DNA from: Eledone cirrhosa
Taxonomy: Eukaryota
Direction of reading: 5' to 3'
Assembly (NCBI GenBank): GCA_964016885.1
Contig: OZ024742.1
Span: 167,648,001-167,712,000 of the forward strand
Length of the DNA: 64,000 nt
The notes under the pieces are model-generated. The model saw nothing but the letters and a program-made list of their open reading frames with translations. It did not search any database and had not been told where the DNA came from. The translations under genes and the position numbers were made by a program. Positions 11,371 to 25,000 of this stretch are shown piece after piece (the first letter of the stretch is position 1; every line of letters begins with the position of its first letter).

Positions 11371-14300
11371 GGAGATAATTTCCAGCCGTCCAAGGGGAGA
11401 TAATTTCCAGCCGTGCAAGGGGAGATAATTTCCAGCCGTCCAAGGGGAGATAATTTCCATCCTTCCAAGGGGAGATAATCTCCAGCCGTTCAAGGGGAGA
11501 TAATTTCCCGCCAGCCAAGGGAAGATAATTTTTAAAAAAATCAGGCGTAGATTGTAAAAAAAATCAGGGGGAGATAATTTGTAAAAAAATCAGGGGGAGA
11601 TAATTTGTTAAAAAAAAATCAGGGGAGATAATTTGTAAAAAAAAATCAGGGGGAGATAATTTGTAAAAAAAAATCAGGGGGAGATAATTTGTAAAAAAAA
11701 TCAGGGGTAGATAATTTGTAAAAAAAAATCAGGGGGAGATAATTTGTAAAAAAAAATCAGGGGGAGATAATTTGTAAAAAAATCAAGGGGAGATAATATG
11801 CAGCCGTCCAAGGGGAGATAATTTTCAGCCGTCCAAGGAGAGGTAATTTCTAGCCGTCCAAGGGGAGATAATTTCCAGCCGTCCAAGGGGAGATAATTTC
11901 CAGCCGTCCAAGGGGAGATAGTTTTTTTTAACAAATCAGGCGGATAATTTGTAAAAAAAAAATCAGGGGGAGATAATTTGTAAAAAAAAATCAGGGGGAG
12001 ATAATTTGTAAAAAAAATCAGGGGGAGATAATTTGTAAAAAAAATCAAGGGGAGATAATATGCAGCCGTCCAAGGGGAGATAATTTTCAGCCGTCCAAGG
12101 AGAGGTAATTTCTAGCCGTCCAAGGGGAGATAATTTCCAGCCGTCCAAGGGGAGATAATTTCCAGCCGTCCAAGGGGAGATAGTTTTTTTAAAAAATCAG
12201 CCGGAGATAATTTGTAAAAAAAAAATCAGGGGGAGATAATTTGTAAAAAAAAATCAGGGGGAGATAATTTGTAAAAAAAAATCAGGGGGAGATAATTTGT
12301 AAAAAAAATCAAGGGGAGATAATTTCCAGCCGTCCAAGGGAAGATAATTTCCAGCCCTCGAAGGGGCTATAATTTCCAGCGTCCAAGGGGAGATAATTTC
12401 CAGCCAGCGAAGGGGAGATAATTTTTTAAAAAGAATCATTGGGAGATTTGTAAAAAAAATCAGGGGGAGATAATTAGTAAAAAAAATCAAGGGGAGATAA
12501 TTTCCAGCCGTCCAAGGGGAGGTAATATCTAGCCGTCCAAGGGGAGATAATTTCCAGCCGTCCAAGGGGAGATAATTTCCAGCCGTCCAAGGGTAGATAA
12601 TATCCAGCCGTCCAAGTAGACATTTTCCAGCCGTCCAAGGAGAGGTAATTTCTAGCCGTCCAAGGGGAGATAAATTCCAGCCTCCAAAGGGAGATAATTT
12701 CCAGCCAGCCAAGGGGAGATAATTTGTAAAAAAATCAGGGGGAGATAATTTGTAAAAAAAATCAGGGGGAGATAATTTGTAAACAAAAATCAGGGGGAGA
12801 TAATTTGTAAAAAAATCAGGGGGAGATAATTTGTAAAAAAAATCAGGGGGAGATAATTTGTAAAAAAAAATCAAGGGGAGATAATTTCCAGCCGTCCAAG
12901 GGGAGATAATTTTCAGCCGTCCAAGGGGAGATAATTTCCAGCCGTCCAAGGGGAGATAATTTCCATCCTTCCAAGGGGAGATAATTTCCAGCCGTCCAAG
13001 GGGAGATAATTTTCAGCCGTCCAAGGGGAGATAATTTCCCGCCAGCCAAGGGAAGATAATATTTTAAAAAATCAGGCGGAGATAATTTGTAAAAAAAATC
13101 AGGGGGAGATAATTTGTAAAAAAATTAGGGGGAGATAATTTGTAAAAAAAAAATCAGGGGGAGATAATTTGTAAAAAAAATCAGGGGGAGATAATTTGTA
13201 AAAAAAAATCAGGGGTAGATAATTTGTAAAAAAAAATCAGGGGGAGATAATTTGTAAAAAAAAAATCAGGGGGAGATAATTTGTAAAAAAAATCAAGGGG
13301 AGATAATTTCCAGCCGTCCAAGGAGAGATAATTTTTTAAAAAAATCAGGCGGAGATAATTTGTAAAAAAAAATCAAGGGGAGATAATTTGTAAAAAAAAA
13401 TCAAGGGGAGATAATTTGTAAAAAAAATCAAGGGGAGATAATTTCCAGCCGTCCAAGGGAAGATAATTTCCAGCACTCCAAGGGGCTATAATTTCCAGTG
13501 TCCAAGGGGAGATAATTTCCAGCCAGCGAAGGGGAGATAATTTTTTTAAAAAAATCAGGGGGAGATATGTAAAAAAAATCAGAGGGAGATAATTTCTAAA
13601 AAAAATCAAAGGGAGATAATTTCCAGCCGTCCAAAGAGAGATAATTTCTAGCCGTCCAAGGGGAGATAATTTCCAGCCAAGGGGAGATAATTTCCAGCCG
13701 TCCAAGGGGAGATAATTATTTAAAAAATCAGGTGGAGATAATTTGTAAAAAAAATCAGGGGGAGATAATTTGTAAAAACAAAATCAAGGGCAGATAATTT
13801 CCAGCTGTCCAAGGGGAGATAATTTCCAGCCGTGCAAGGGGAGATAATTTCCAGCCGTCCAAGGGGAGATAATTTCCATCCTTCCAAGGGGAGATAATGT
13901 CCAGCCGTCCAAGGGGAGATAATTTCCCGCCAGCCAAGGGAAGATAATTTTTAAAAAAATCAGGCGGAGATTGTAAAAAAAATCAGGGGGAGATAATTTG
14001 TAAAAAAAAAATCAGGGGGAGATAATTTGTAAAAAAAATCAGGGGTAGATAATTTGTAAAAAAAAATCAGGGGGAGATAATTTCTAAAAAATAATCAGGG
14101 GGAGATAATTTCTAAAAAAATCAAGGGGAGATAATATGCAGCCGTCCAAGGGGAGATAATTTTCAGCCGTCCAAGGAGAGGTAATTTCTAGCCGTCCAAG
14201 GGGAGATAATTTCCAGCCGTCCAAGGGGAGATAATTTCCAGCCGTCCAAGGGGAGATAGTTTTTTTAAAAAAATCATGCGGAGATAATTTGTAAAAAAAA

Positions 14301-14377
14301 AAATCAGGGGGAGATAATTCGTAAAAAAAATCAGGGGGAGATAATTTGTGAAAAAAAAATCAGGGGGAGATAATTTG

Positions 14378-17300
14378 TAAAAAAAATCAGGGGGAGATAA
14401 TTAGTAAAAAAAATCAAGGGGAGATAATTTCCAGCCGTCCAAGGGGAGGTAATATCTAGCCGTCCAAGGGGAGATAATTTCCAGCCGTCCAAGGGGAGAT
14501 AATTTCCAGCCGTCCAAGGGTAGATAATATCCAGCCGTCCAAGTAGACATATTTTCCAGCCGTCCAAGGAGAGGTAATTTCTAGCCGTCCAAGGGGAGAT
14601 AAATTCCAGCCTCCAAGGGGAGATAATTTCCAGCCAGCCAAGGGGAGATAATTTGTAAAAAAATCAGGGGAGATAATTTGTAAAAAAAATCAGGGGGAGA
14701 TAATTTGTAAAAAAAAATCAGGGGGAGATAATTTGTAAAAAAAAATCAGGGGGAGATAATTTGTAAAAAAAATCAGGGGGAGATAATTTGTAAAAAAAAT
14801 CAGGGGGAGATAATTTGTAAAAAAAAATCAGGGGGAGATAATTTGTAAAAAAAAATCAGGGGGAGATAATTTGTAAAAAAAATCAAGGGGAGATAATTTC
14901 CAGCCGTCCAAGGGGAGATAATTTCCAGCCGTCCAAGGGGAGGTAATACCTAGCCGTCCAAGGGGAGATAATTTCCAGCCGTCCAAGAGGAGATAATTTC
15001 CAGCCGTCCAAGGGTAGATAATATCCAGCCGTCCAAGGAGACATATTTTCCAGCCGTCCAAGGAGAGGTAATTTCTAGCCGTCCAAGGGGAGATAAATTC
15101 CAGCCTCCAAGGGGAGATAATTTGTAAAAAATCAGGGGGAGATAATTTGTAAAAAAAATCAGGGGGAGATAATTTGTAAAAAAAAATCAGGGGGAGATAA
15201 TTTGTAAAAAAAATCAGGGGGAGATAATTTGTAAAAATAAATCAAGGGGAGATAATTTCCAGCCGTCCAAGGGGAGATAATTTTCAGCCGCCCAAGGGGA
15301 GATAATTTCCCGCCAGCCAAGGGAAGATAATATTTAAAAAATCAGGCGGAGATAATTTGTAAAAAAAATCAGGGGGAGATAATTTGTAAAAAAATCAGGG
15401 GGAGATAATTTGTAAAAAAAAAATCAGGGGGAGATAATTTGTAAAAAAAATCAGGGGGAGATGATTTGTAAAAAAAATCAGGGGTAGATAATTTGTAAAA
15501 AAAAATCAGGGGGAGATAATTTGTAAAAAAAAATCAGGGGGAGATAATTTGTAAAAAAAATCAAGAGGAGATAATTTCCAGCCGTCGAAGGGAAGATAGT
15601 TTCCAGCCCTCCAAGGGGCTATAATTTCCAGCGTCCAAGGGGAGATAATTTCCAGCCAGCGAAGGGGAGATAATTTTTTTAAAAAAATCATTGGGAGATT
15701 TGTAAAAAAAATCAGGGGGAGATAATTGGTAAAAAAAATCAAGGGGAGATAATTTCCAGCCGTCCAAGGGGAGGTAATATCTAGCCGTCCAAGGGGAGAT
15801 AATTTCCAGCCGTCCAAGGGGAGATAATTTCCAGCCGTCCAAGGGTAGATAATATCCAGCCGTCCAAGTAGACATTTTCCAGCCGTCCAAGGAGAGGTAA
15901 TTTCTAGCCGTCCAAGGGGAGATAAATTCCAGCCTCCAAGGGGAGATAATTTCCAGCCAGCCAAGGGGAGATAATTTGTAAAAAAATCAGGGGGAGATAA
16001 TTTGTAAAAAAAATCAGGGGGAGATATTTTGTAAAAAAAAATCAGGGGGAGATAATTTGTAAAAAAAAATCAGGGGGAGATAATTTGTAAAAAAAAATCA
16101 GGGGGAGATAATTTGTAAAAAAAATCAAGGGGAGATAATTTCCAGCCGTCCAAGGGGAGATAATTTTCAGCCGTCCAAGGGGAGATAATTTCCCGCCAGC
16201 CAAGGGAAGATAATATTTAAAAAAATCAGGCGGAGATAATTTGTAAAAAAAATCAGGGGGAGATAATTTGTAAAAAAATCAGGGGGAGATAATTTGTAAA
16301 AAAAAAATCAGGGGGAGATAATTTGTAAAAAAAATCAGGGGGAGATAATTTGTAAAAAAAAATCAGGGGTAGATAATTTGTAAAAAAAAATCAGGGGGAG
16401 ATAATTTGTAAAAAAAAATCAGGGGGAGATAATTTGTAAAAAAAATCAAGGGGAGATAATTTCCAGCCGTCCAAGGAGAGATAATTTAAAAAAAAAATCA
16501 GGCGGAGATAATTTGTAAAAAAAAATCAAGGGGAGATAATTTGTAAAAAAAAATCAGGGGGAGATAATTTGTAAAAAAAATCAAGGGGAGATAATTTCCA
16601 GCCGTCCAAGGGAAGATAATTTCCAGCACTCCAAGGGGCTATAATTTCCAGTGTCCAAGGGGAGATAATTTCCAGCCAGCGAAGGGGAGATAATTTTTTT
16701 AAAAAAATCAGGGGGAGATATGTAAAAAAAATCAGAGGGAGATAATTTCTAAAAAAAATCAAAGGGAGATAATTTCCAGCCGTCCAAAGAGAGATAATTT
16801 CTAGCCGTCCAAGGGGAGATAATTTCCAGCCAAGGGGAGATAATATCCAGCCGTCCAAGGGGAGATAATTTTTTAAAAAATCAGGTGGAGATAATTTGTA
16901 AAAAAAATCAGGGGGAGATAATTTGTAAAAACAAAATCAAGGGCAGATAATTTCCAGCTGTCCAAGGGGAGATAATTTCCAGCCGTGCAAGGGGAGATAA
17001 TTTCCAGCCGTCCAAGGGGAGATAATTTCCATCCTTCCAAGGGGAGATAATCTCCAGCCGTCCAAGGGGAGATAATTTCCCGCCAGCCAAGGGAAGATAA
17101 TTTTTAAAAAAATCAGGCGGAGATTGTAAAAAAAATCAGGGGGAGATAATTTGTAAAAAAATCAGGGGGAGATAATTTGTTAAAAAAAAATCAGGGGAGA
17201 TAATTTGTAAAAAAAAATCAGGGGGAGATAATTTGTAAAAAAAAATCAGGGGGAGATAATTTGTAAAAAAAATCAGGGGTAGATAATTTGTAAAAAAAAA

Positions 17301-19680
17301 TCAGGGGGAGATAATTTGTAAAAAAAAATCAGGGGGAGATAATTTGTAAAAAAATCAAGGGTAGATAATATGCAGCCGTCCAAGGGGAGATAATTTTCAG
17401 CCGTCCAAGGAGAGGTAATTTCTAGCCGTCCAAGGGGAGATAATTTCCAGCCGGCCAAGGGGAGATAATTTCCAGCCGTCCAAGGGGAGATAGTTTTTTT
17501 TAAAAAATCAGGGGGAGATTTGTAAAAAAAATCAGGGGGAGATAATTTGTAAAAAAAATCAAAGGGAGATAATTTCCAGCCGTCCAAAGAGAGATAATTT
17601 CTAGCCGTCCAAGGGGAGATAATTTCGAGCCAAGGGGAGATAATTTCCAGCCGTCCAAGGGGAGATAATTTTTTAAAAAATCAGGTGGAGATAATTTGTA
17701 AAAAAAATCAGGGGGAGATAATTTGTAAAAACAAAATCAAGGGCAGATAATTTCCAGCTGTCCAAGGGGAGATAATTTCCAGCCGTGCAAGGGGAGATAA
17801 TTTCCAGCCGTCCAAGGGGAGATAATTTCCCGCCAGCGAAGAGAAGATAATTTTTTAAAAAATCAGGCGGAGATTGTAAAAAAAATCAGGGGGAGATAAT
17901 TTGTAAAAAAATCAGGGGGAGATAATTTGTAAAAAAATCAAGGGGAGATAATTTCCAGCTGTCCAAGGGGAGGTAATATCTAGCCGTCCAAGGGGAGATA
18001 ATTTCCAGCCGTCCAAGGGGAGATAATTTCCAGCCGTCCAAGGGTAGATAATATCCAGCCGTCCAAGGAGACATATTTTCCAGTCCTCCAAGGAGAGGTA
18101 ATTTCTAGCCGTCCAAGTGGAGATAAATTCCAGCCTCCAAGGGGAGATAATTTCCAGCCAGCCAAGGGGAGATAATTTGTAAAAAATCAGGGGGAGATAA
18201 TTTGTAAAAAAAATCAGGGGGAGATAATTTGTACAAAAAATCAGGGGTAGATAATTTGTAAAAAAAAATCAGGGGGAGATAATTTGTAAAAAGAATCAAG
18301 GGGAGATAATTTGCAGCCGTCCAAGGGGAGATAATTTCCCGCCAGCCAAGGGAAGATAATATTTAAAAAAATCAGGCGGAGATAATTTGTAAAAAAAATC
18401 AGGGGGAGATAATTTGTAAAAAAATCAGGGGGAGATAATTTGTAAAAAAAAAATCAGGGGGAGATTTGTAAAAAAAATCAGGGGGAGATAATTTGTAAAA
18501 AAAATCAGGGGTAGATAATTTGTAAAAAAAAATCAGGGGTAGATAATTTGTAAAAAAAAATCAGGGGGAGATAATTTGTAAAAAAAATCAATTGGAGATA
18601 ATTTCCAGCCGTCCAAGGGGAGATAATTTTCAGCCGTCCAAGGAGAGGTAATTTCTAGACGTCCAAGGGGAGATAATTTCCAGCCGTCCAATGGGAGATA
18701 ATTTCCAGCCGTCCAAGGGGAGATAATTTTTAAAAAAAAATCAGGCGGAGATAATTTGTAAAAAAAATCTAGGGGAGATAATTTGCAGCCGTCCAAGGGG
18801 AGATAATTTTCAGTCGTCCAAGGAGAGGTAATTTCTAGCCGTCCAAGGGGAGATAATTTCCAGCCGTCCAAGGGGAGATAATTTCCAGCCGTCCAAGGGG
18901 AGATAATTTTTTTTAAAAAATCAGGCGGAGATAATTTGTAAAAAAAATCAGGGGGAGATAATTTGTAAAAAAAAATCAGGGGGAGATAATTTGTAAAAAA
19001 AAATCAGGGGGAGATAATTTGTAAAAAAAATCAAGGAGAGATAATTTCCAGCCGTCCAAGGGAAGATAATTTCAAGCCCTCCAAGGGGCTATAATTTCCA
19101 GTGTCCAAGGGGAGATAATTTCCAGCCAGCGAAGGGGAGATAATTTTTTTTTAAAAATCAGGGGGAGATTTGTAAAAAAAATCAGGGGGAGATAATTTGT
19201 AAAAAAAATCAAGGGGAGATAATTTCCAGCCGTCGAAGGGAAGATAATTTCCAGCCCTCCAAGGGGCTATAATTTCCAGCGTCCAAGGGGAGATAATTTC
19301 CAGCCAGCGAAGGGGAGATAATTTTTTTTTTTTTAAATCAGGGGAACATAATTTGTAAAAAAAATCAGGGGGAGATAATTTGTAAAAAAAATCAAGGGGA
19401 GATAATTTGTAAAAAAAAATCAGGGGGAGATAATTTGTAAAAAAAAATCAGGGGGAGATAATTTGTAAAAAAATCAAGGGGAGATAATTTGTAAAAAAAA
19501 ATCAAGGGGAGATAATTTCCAGCCGTCCAAGGGGAGATAATTTTCAGCCGTCCAAGGGGAGATAATTTCCCGCCAGCCAAGGAAAGATAATATTTAAAAA
19601 AATCAGGCGGAGATAATTTGTAAAAAAAATCAGGGGGAGATAATTTGTAAAAAAATCAGGGGGAGATAATTTGTAAAAAA
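14378..19680 (+). repeat. Higher-order duplicate of window 1-~5300 (offset 14376-14377)
   Basis: ORF pairs 79/14456, 1130/15506, 2150/16526, 2897/17273, 4157/18533 and 5016/19392. Shared rare variants CAGTCCTCC, TCAATTGGAG, TCTAGGGG and T13-AAATCAGGGGAACATA. Confidence 0.92.
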
Positions 19681-22045
19681 AATCAGGGGGAGATAATTTG
19701 TAAAAAAAAATCAGGGGGAGATAATTTGTAAAAAAAATCAGGGGGAGATAATTTGTAAAAAAAAATCAAGGGGAGATAATTTCCAGCCGTCCAAGGGGAG
19801 ATAATTTTCAGCCGCCCAAGGGGAGATAATTTCCCGCCAGCCAAGGGAAGATAATATTTAAAAAATCAGGCGGAGATAATTTGTAAAAAAAATCAGGGGG
19901 AGATAATTTGTAAAAAAATCAGGGGGAGATAATTTGTAAAAAAAAAATCAGGGGGAGATAATTTGTAAAAAAAATCAGGGGGAGATGATTTGTAAAAAAA
20001 TCAGGGGTAGATAATTTGTAAAAAAAAATCAGGGGGAGATAATTTGTAAAAAAAAATCAGGGGGAGATAATTTGTAAAAAAAATCAAGAGGAGATAATTT
20101 CCAGCCGTCGAAGGGAAGATAGTTTCCAGCCCTCCAAGGGGCTATAATTTCCAGCGTCCAAGGGGAGATAATTTCCAGCCAGCGAAGGGGAGATAATTTT
20201 TTTAAAAAAATCATTGGGAGATTTGTAAAAAAAATCAGGGGGAGATAAGTGGTAAAAAAAATCAAGGTGAGATAATTTCCAGCCGTCCAAGGGGAGGTAA
20301 TATCTAGCCGTCCAAGGGGAGATAATTTCCAGCCGTCCAAGGGGAGATAATTTCCAGCCGTCCAAGGGTAGATAATATCCAGCCGTCCAAGTAGACATTT
20401 TCCAGCCGTCCAAGGAGAGGTAATTTCTAGCCGTCCAAGGGGAGATAAATTCCAGCCTCCAAGGGGAGATAATTTCCAGCCAGCCAAGGGGAGATAATTT
20501 GTAAAAAAATCAGGGGGAGATAATTTGTAAAAAAAATCAGGGGGAGATATTTTGTAAAAAAAAATCAGGGGGAGATAATTTGTAAAAAAAAATCAGGGGG
20601 AGATAATTTGTAAAAAGAAATCAGGGGGAGATAATTTGTAAAAAAAATCAAGGGGAGATAATTTCCAGCCGTCCAAGGGGAGATAATTTTCAGCCGTCCA
20701 AGGGGAGATAATTTCCCGCCAGCCAAGGGAAGATAATATTTAAAAAAATCAGGCGGAGATAATTTGTAAAAAAAATCAGGGGGAGATAATTTGTAAAAAA
20801 ATCAGGGGGAGATAATTTGTAAAAAAAAAATCAGGGGGAGATAATTTGTAAAAAAAATCAGGGGGAGATAATTTGTAAAAAAAAATCAGGGGTAGATAAT
20901 TTGTAAAAAAAAATCAGGGGGAGATAATTTGTAAAAAAAAATCAGGGGGAGATAATTTGTAAAAAAAATCAAGGGGAGATAATTTCCAGCCGTCCAAGGA
21001 GAGATAATTTAAAAAAAAAATCAGGCGGAGATAATTTGTAAAAAAAAATCAGGGGGAGATAATTTGTAAAAAAAATCAAGGGGAGATAATTTCCAGCCGT
21101 CCAAGGGAAGATAATTTCCAGCACTCCAAGGGGCTATAATTTCCAGTGTCCAAGGGGAGATAATTTCCAGCCAGCGAAGGGGAGATAATTTTTTTAAAAA
21201 AATCAGGGGGAGATATGTAAAAAAAATCAGAGGGAGATAATTTCTAAAAAAAATCAAAGGGAGATAATTTCCAGCCGTCCAAAGAGAGATAATTTCTAGC
21301 CGTCCAAGGGGAGATAATTTCCAGCCAAGGGGAGATAATATCCAGCCGTCCAAGGGGAGATAATTTCCAGCCGTCCAAGGGGAGATAATTTCCAGCCGTG
21401 CAAGGGGAGATAATTTCCAGCCGTCCAAGGGGAGATAATTTCCATCCTTCCAAGGGGAGATAATCTCCAGCCGTTCAAGGGGAGATAATTTCCCGCCAGC
21501 CAAGGGAAGATAATTTTTAAAAAAATCAGGCGTAGATTGTAAAAAAAATCAGGGGGAGATAATTTGTAAAAAAATCAGGGGGAGATAATTTGTTAAAAAA
21601 AAATCAGGGGAGATAATTTGTAAAAAAAAATCAGGGGGAGATAATTTGTAAAAAAAAATCAGGGGGAGATAATTTGTAAAAAAAATCAGGGGTAGATAAT
21701 TTGTAAAAAAAAATCAGGGGGAGATAATTTGTAAAAAAAAATCAGGGGGAGATAATTTGTAAAAAAATCAAGGGGAGATAATATGCAGCCGTCCAAGGGG
21801 AGATAATTTTCAGCCGTCCAAGGAGAGGTAATTTCTAGCCGTCCAAGGGGAGATAATTTCCAGCCGTCCAAGGGGAGATAATTTCCAGCCGTCCAAGGGG
21901 AGATAGTTTTTTTTAACAAATCAGGCGGATAATTTGTAAAAAAAAAATCAGGGGGAGATAATTTGTAAAAAAAAATCAGGGGGAGATAATTTGTAAAAAA
22001 AATCAGGGGGAGATAATTTGTAAAAAAAATCAAGGGGAGATAATT
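19635..22045 (+). repeat. Duplicate of ~9650-12060 (offset 9985)
   Basis: ORF pairs 10044/20029, 11036/21021 and 11701/21686. Shared private variants TAAGTGGT, CAAGGTGAGA, CCGTTCAA, CAGGCGTAGA and TTAACAAATCAGGCGGATAA. Confidence 0.92.
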
Positions 22046-25000
22046 TCAAGCCCTCCAAGGGGCTATAATTTCCAGTGTCCAAGGGGAGATAATTTCCAGC
22101 CAGCGAAGGGGAGATAATTTTTTTTTAAAAATCAGGGGGAGATTTGTAAAAAAAATCAGGGGGAGATAATTTGTAAAAAAAATCAAAGGGAGATAATTTC
22201 CAGCCGTCCAAAGAGAGATAATTTCTAGCCGTCCAAGGGGAGATAATTTCGAGCCAAGGGGAGATAATTTCCAGCCGTCCAAGGGGAGATAATTTTTTAA
22301 AAAATCAGGTGGAGATAATTTGTAAAAAAAATCAGGGGGAGATAATTTGTAAAAACAAAATCAAGGGCAGATAATTTCCAGCTGTCCAAGGGGAGATAAT
22401 TTCCAGCCGTGCAAGGGGAGATAATTTCCAGCCGTCCAAGGGGAGATAATTTCCCGCCAGCGAAGAGAAGATAATTTTTTAAAAAATCAGGCGGAGATTG
22501 TAAAAAAAATCAGGGGGAGATAATTTGTAAAAAAATCAGGGGGAGATAATTTGTAAAAAAATCAAGGGGAGATAATTTCCAGCTGTCCAAGGGGAGGTAA
22601 TATCTAGCCGTCCAAGGGGAGATAATTTCCAGCCGTCCAAGGGGAGATAATTTCCAGCCGTCCAAGGGTAGATAATATCCAGCCGTCCAAGGAGACATAT
22701 TTTCCAGCCCTCCAAGGAGAGGTAATTTCTAGCCGTCCAAGTGGAGATAAATTCCAGCCTCCAAGGGGAGATAATTTCCAGCCAGCCAAGGGGAGATAAT
22801 TTGTAAAAAAATCAGGGGGAGATAATTTGTAAAAAAAATCAGGGGGAGATAATTTGTACAAAAAATCAGGGGTAGATAATTTGTAAAAAAAAATCAGGGG
22901 GAGATAATTTGTAAAAAGAATCAAGGGGAGATAATTTGCAGCCGTCCAAGGGGAGATAATTTCCCGCCAGCCAAGGGAAGATAATATTTAAAAAAATCAG
23001 GCGGATATAATTTGTAAAAAAAATCAGGGGGAGATAATTTGTAAAAAAATCAGGGGGAGATAATTTGTAAAAAAAAAATCAGGGGGAGATTTGTAAAAAA
23101 AATCAGGGGGAGATAATTTGTAAAAAAAAATCAGGGGTAGATAATTTGTAAAAAAAAATCAGGGGTAGATAATTTGTAAAAAAAAATCAGGGGGAGATAA
23201 TTTGTAAAAAAAATCAATTGGAGATAATTTCCAGCCGTCCAAGGGGAGATAATTTTCAGCCGTCCAAGGAGAGGTAATTTCTAGACGTCCAAGGGGAGAT
23301 AATTTCCAGCCGTCCAATGGGAGATAATTTCCAGCCGTCCAAGGGGAGATAATTTTTAAAAAAAAATCAGGCGGAGATAATTTGTAAAAAAAATCTAGGG
23401 GAGATAATTTGCAGCCGTCCAAGGGGAGATAATTTTCAGTCGTCCAAGGAGAGGTAATTTCTAGCCGTCCAAGGGGAGATAATTTCCAGCCGTCCAAGGG
23501 GAGATAATTTCCAGCCGTCCAAGGGGAGATAATTTTTTTTTAAAAATCAGGCGGAGATAATTTGTAAAAAAAATCAGGGGGAGATAATTTGTAAAAAAAA
23601 ATCAGGGGGAGATAATTTGTAAAAAAAATCAAGGGGAGATAATTTCCAGCCGTCCAAGGGGAGATAATTATCAGCCGTCCAAGGGGAGATAATTTCCAGC
23701 CGTCCAAGGGGAGATAATTTCCATCCTTCCAAGGGGAGATAATTTCCAGCCGTCCAAGGGGAGATAATTTTCAGCCGTCCAAGGGGAGATAATTTCCCGC
23801 CAGCCAAGGGAAGATAATATTTTAAAAAATCAGGCGGAGATAATTTGTAAAAAAAATCAGGGGGAGATAATTTGTAAAAAAATCAGGGGGAGATAATTTG
23901 TAAAAAAAAAATCAGGGGGAGATAATTTGTAAAAAAAATCAGGGGGAGATAATTTGTAAAAAAAAATCAGGGGTAGATAATTTGTAAAAAAAAATCAGGG
24001 GGAGATAATTTGTAAAAAAAAAATCAGGGGGAGATAATTTGTAAAAAAAATCAAGGGGAGATAATTTCCAGCCGTCCAAGGAGAGATAATTTTTAAAAAA
24101 AATCAGGCGGAGATAATTTGTAAAAAAAATCAAGGGGAGATAATTTGTAAAAAAAATCAAGGGGAGATAATTTCCAGCCGTCCAAGGGAAGATAATTTCC
24201 AGCACTCCAACGGGCTATAATTTGCAGTGTCCAAGGGGAGATAATTTCCAGCCAGCGAAGGGGAGATAATTTTTTTAAAAAAATCAGGGGGAGATATGTA
24301 AAAAAAATCAGAGGGAGATAATTTCTAAAAAAAATCAAAGGGAGATAATTTCCAGCCGTCCAAAGAGAGATAATTTCTAGCCGTCCAAGGGGAGATAATT
24401 TCCAGCCAAGGGGAGATAATTTCCAGCCGTCCAAGGGGAGATAATTATTTAAAAAATCAGGTGGAGATAATTTGTAAAAAAAATCAGGGGGAGATAATTA
24501 GTAAAAACAAAATCAAGGGCAGATAATTTCCAGCTGTCCAAGGGGAGATAATTTCCAGCCGTGCAAGGGGAGATAATTTCCAGCCGTCCAAGGGGAGATA
24601 ATTTCCATCCTTCCAAGGGGAGATAATTTCCAGCCGTCCAAGGGGAGATAATTTCCCGCCAGCCAAGGAAAGATAATTTTTTAAAAAATCAGGCGGAGAT
24701 TGTAAAAAAAATCAGGGGGAGATAATTTGTAAAAAAATCAGGAGGAGATAATTTGTAAAAAAATCAAGGGGAGATAATTTCCAGCTGTCCAAGGGGAGGT
24801 AATATCTAGCCGTCCAAGGGGAGATAATTTTCAGCCGTCCAAGGGGAGATAATTTCCAGCCGTCCAAGGGTAGATAATATCCAGCCGTCCAAGGAGACAT
24901 ATTTTCCAGCCGTCCAAGGAGAGGTAATTTCTAGCCGTCCAAGTGGAGATAAATTCCAGCCTCCAAGGGGAGATAATTTCCAGCCAGCCAAGGGGAGATA

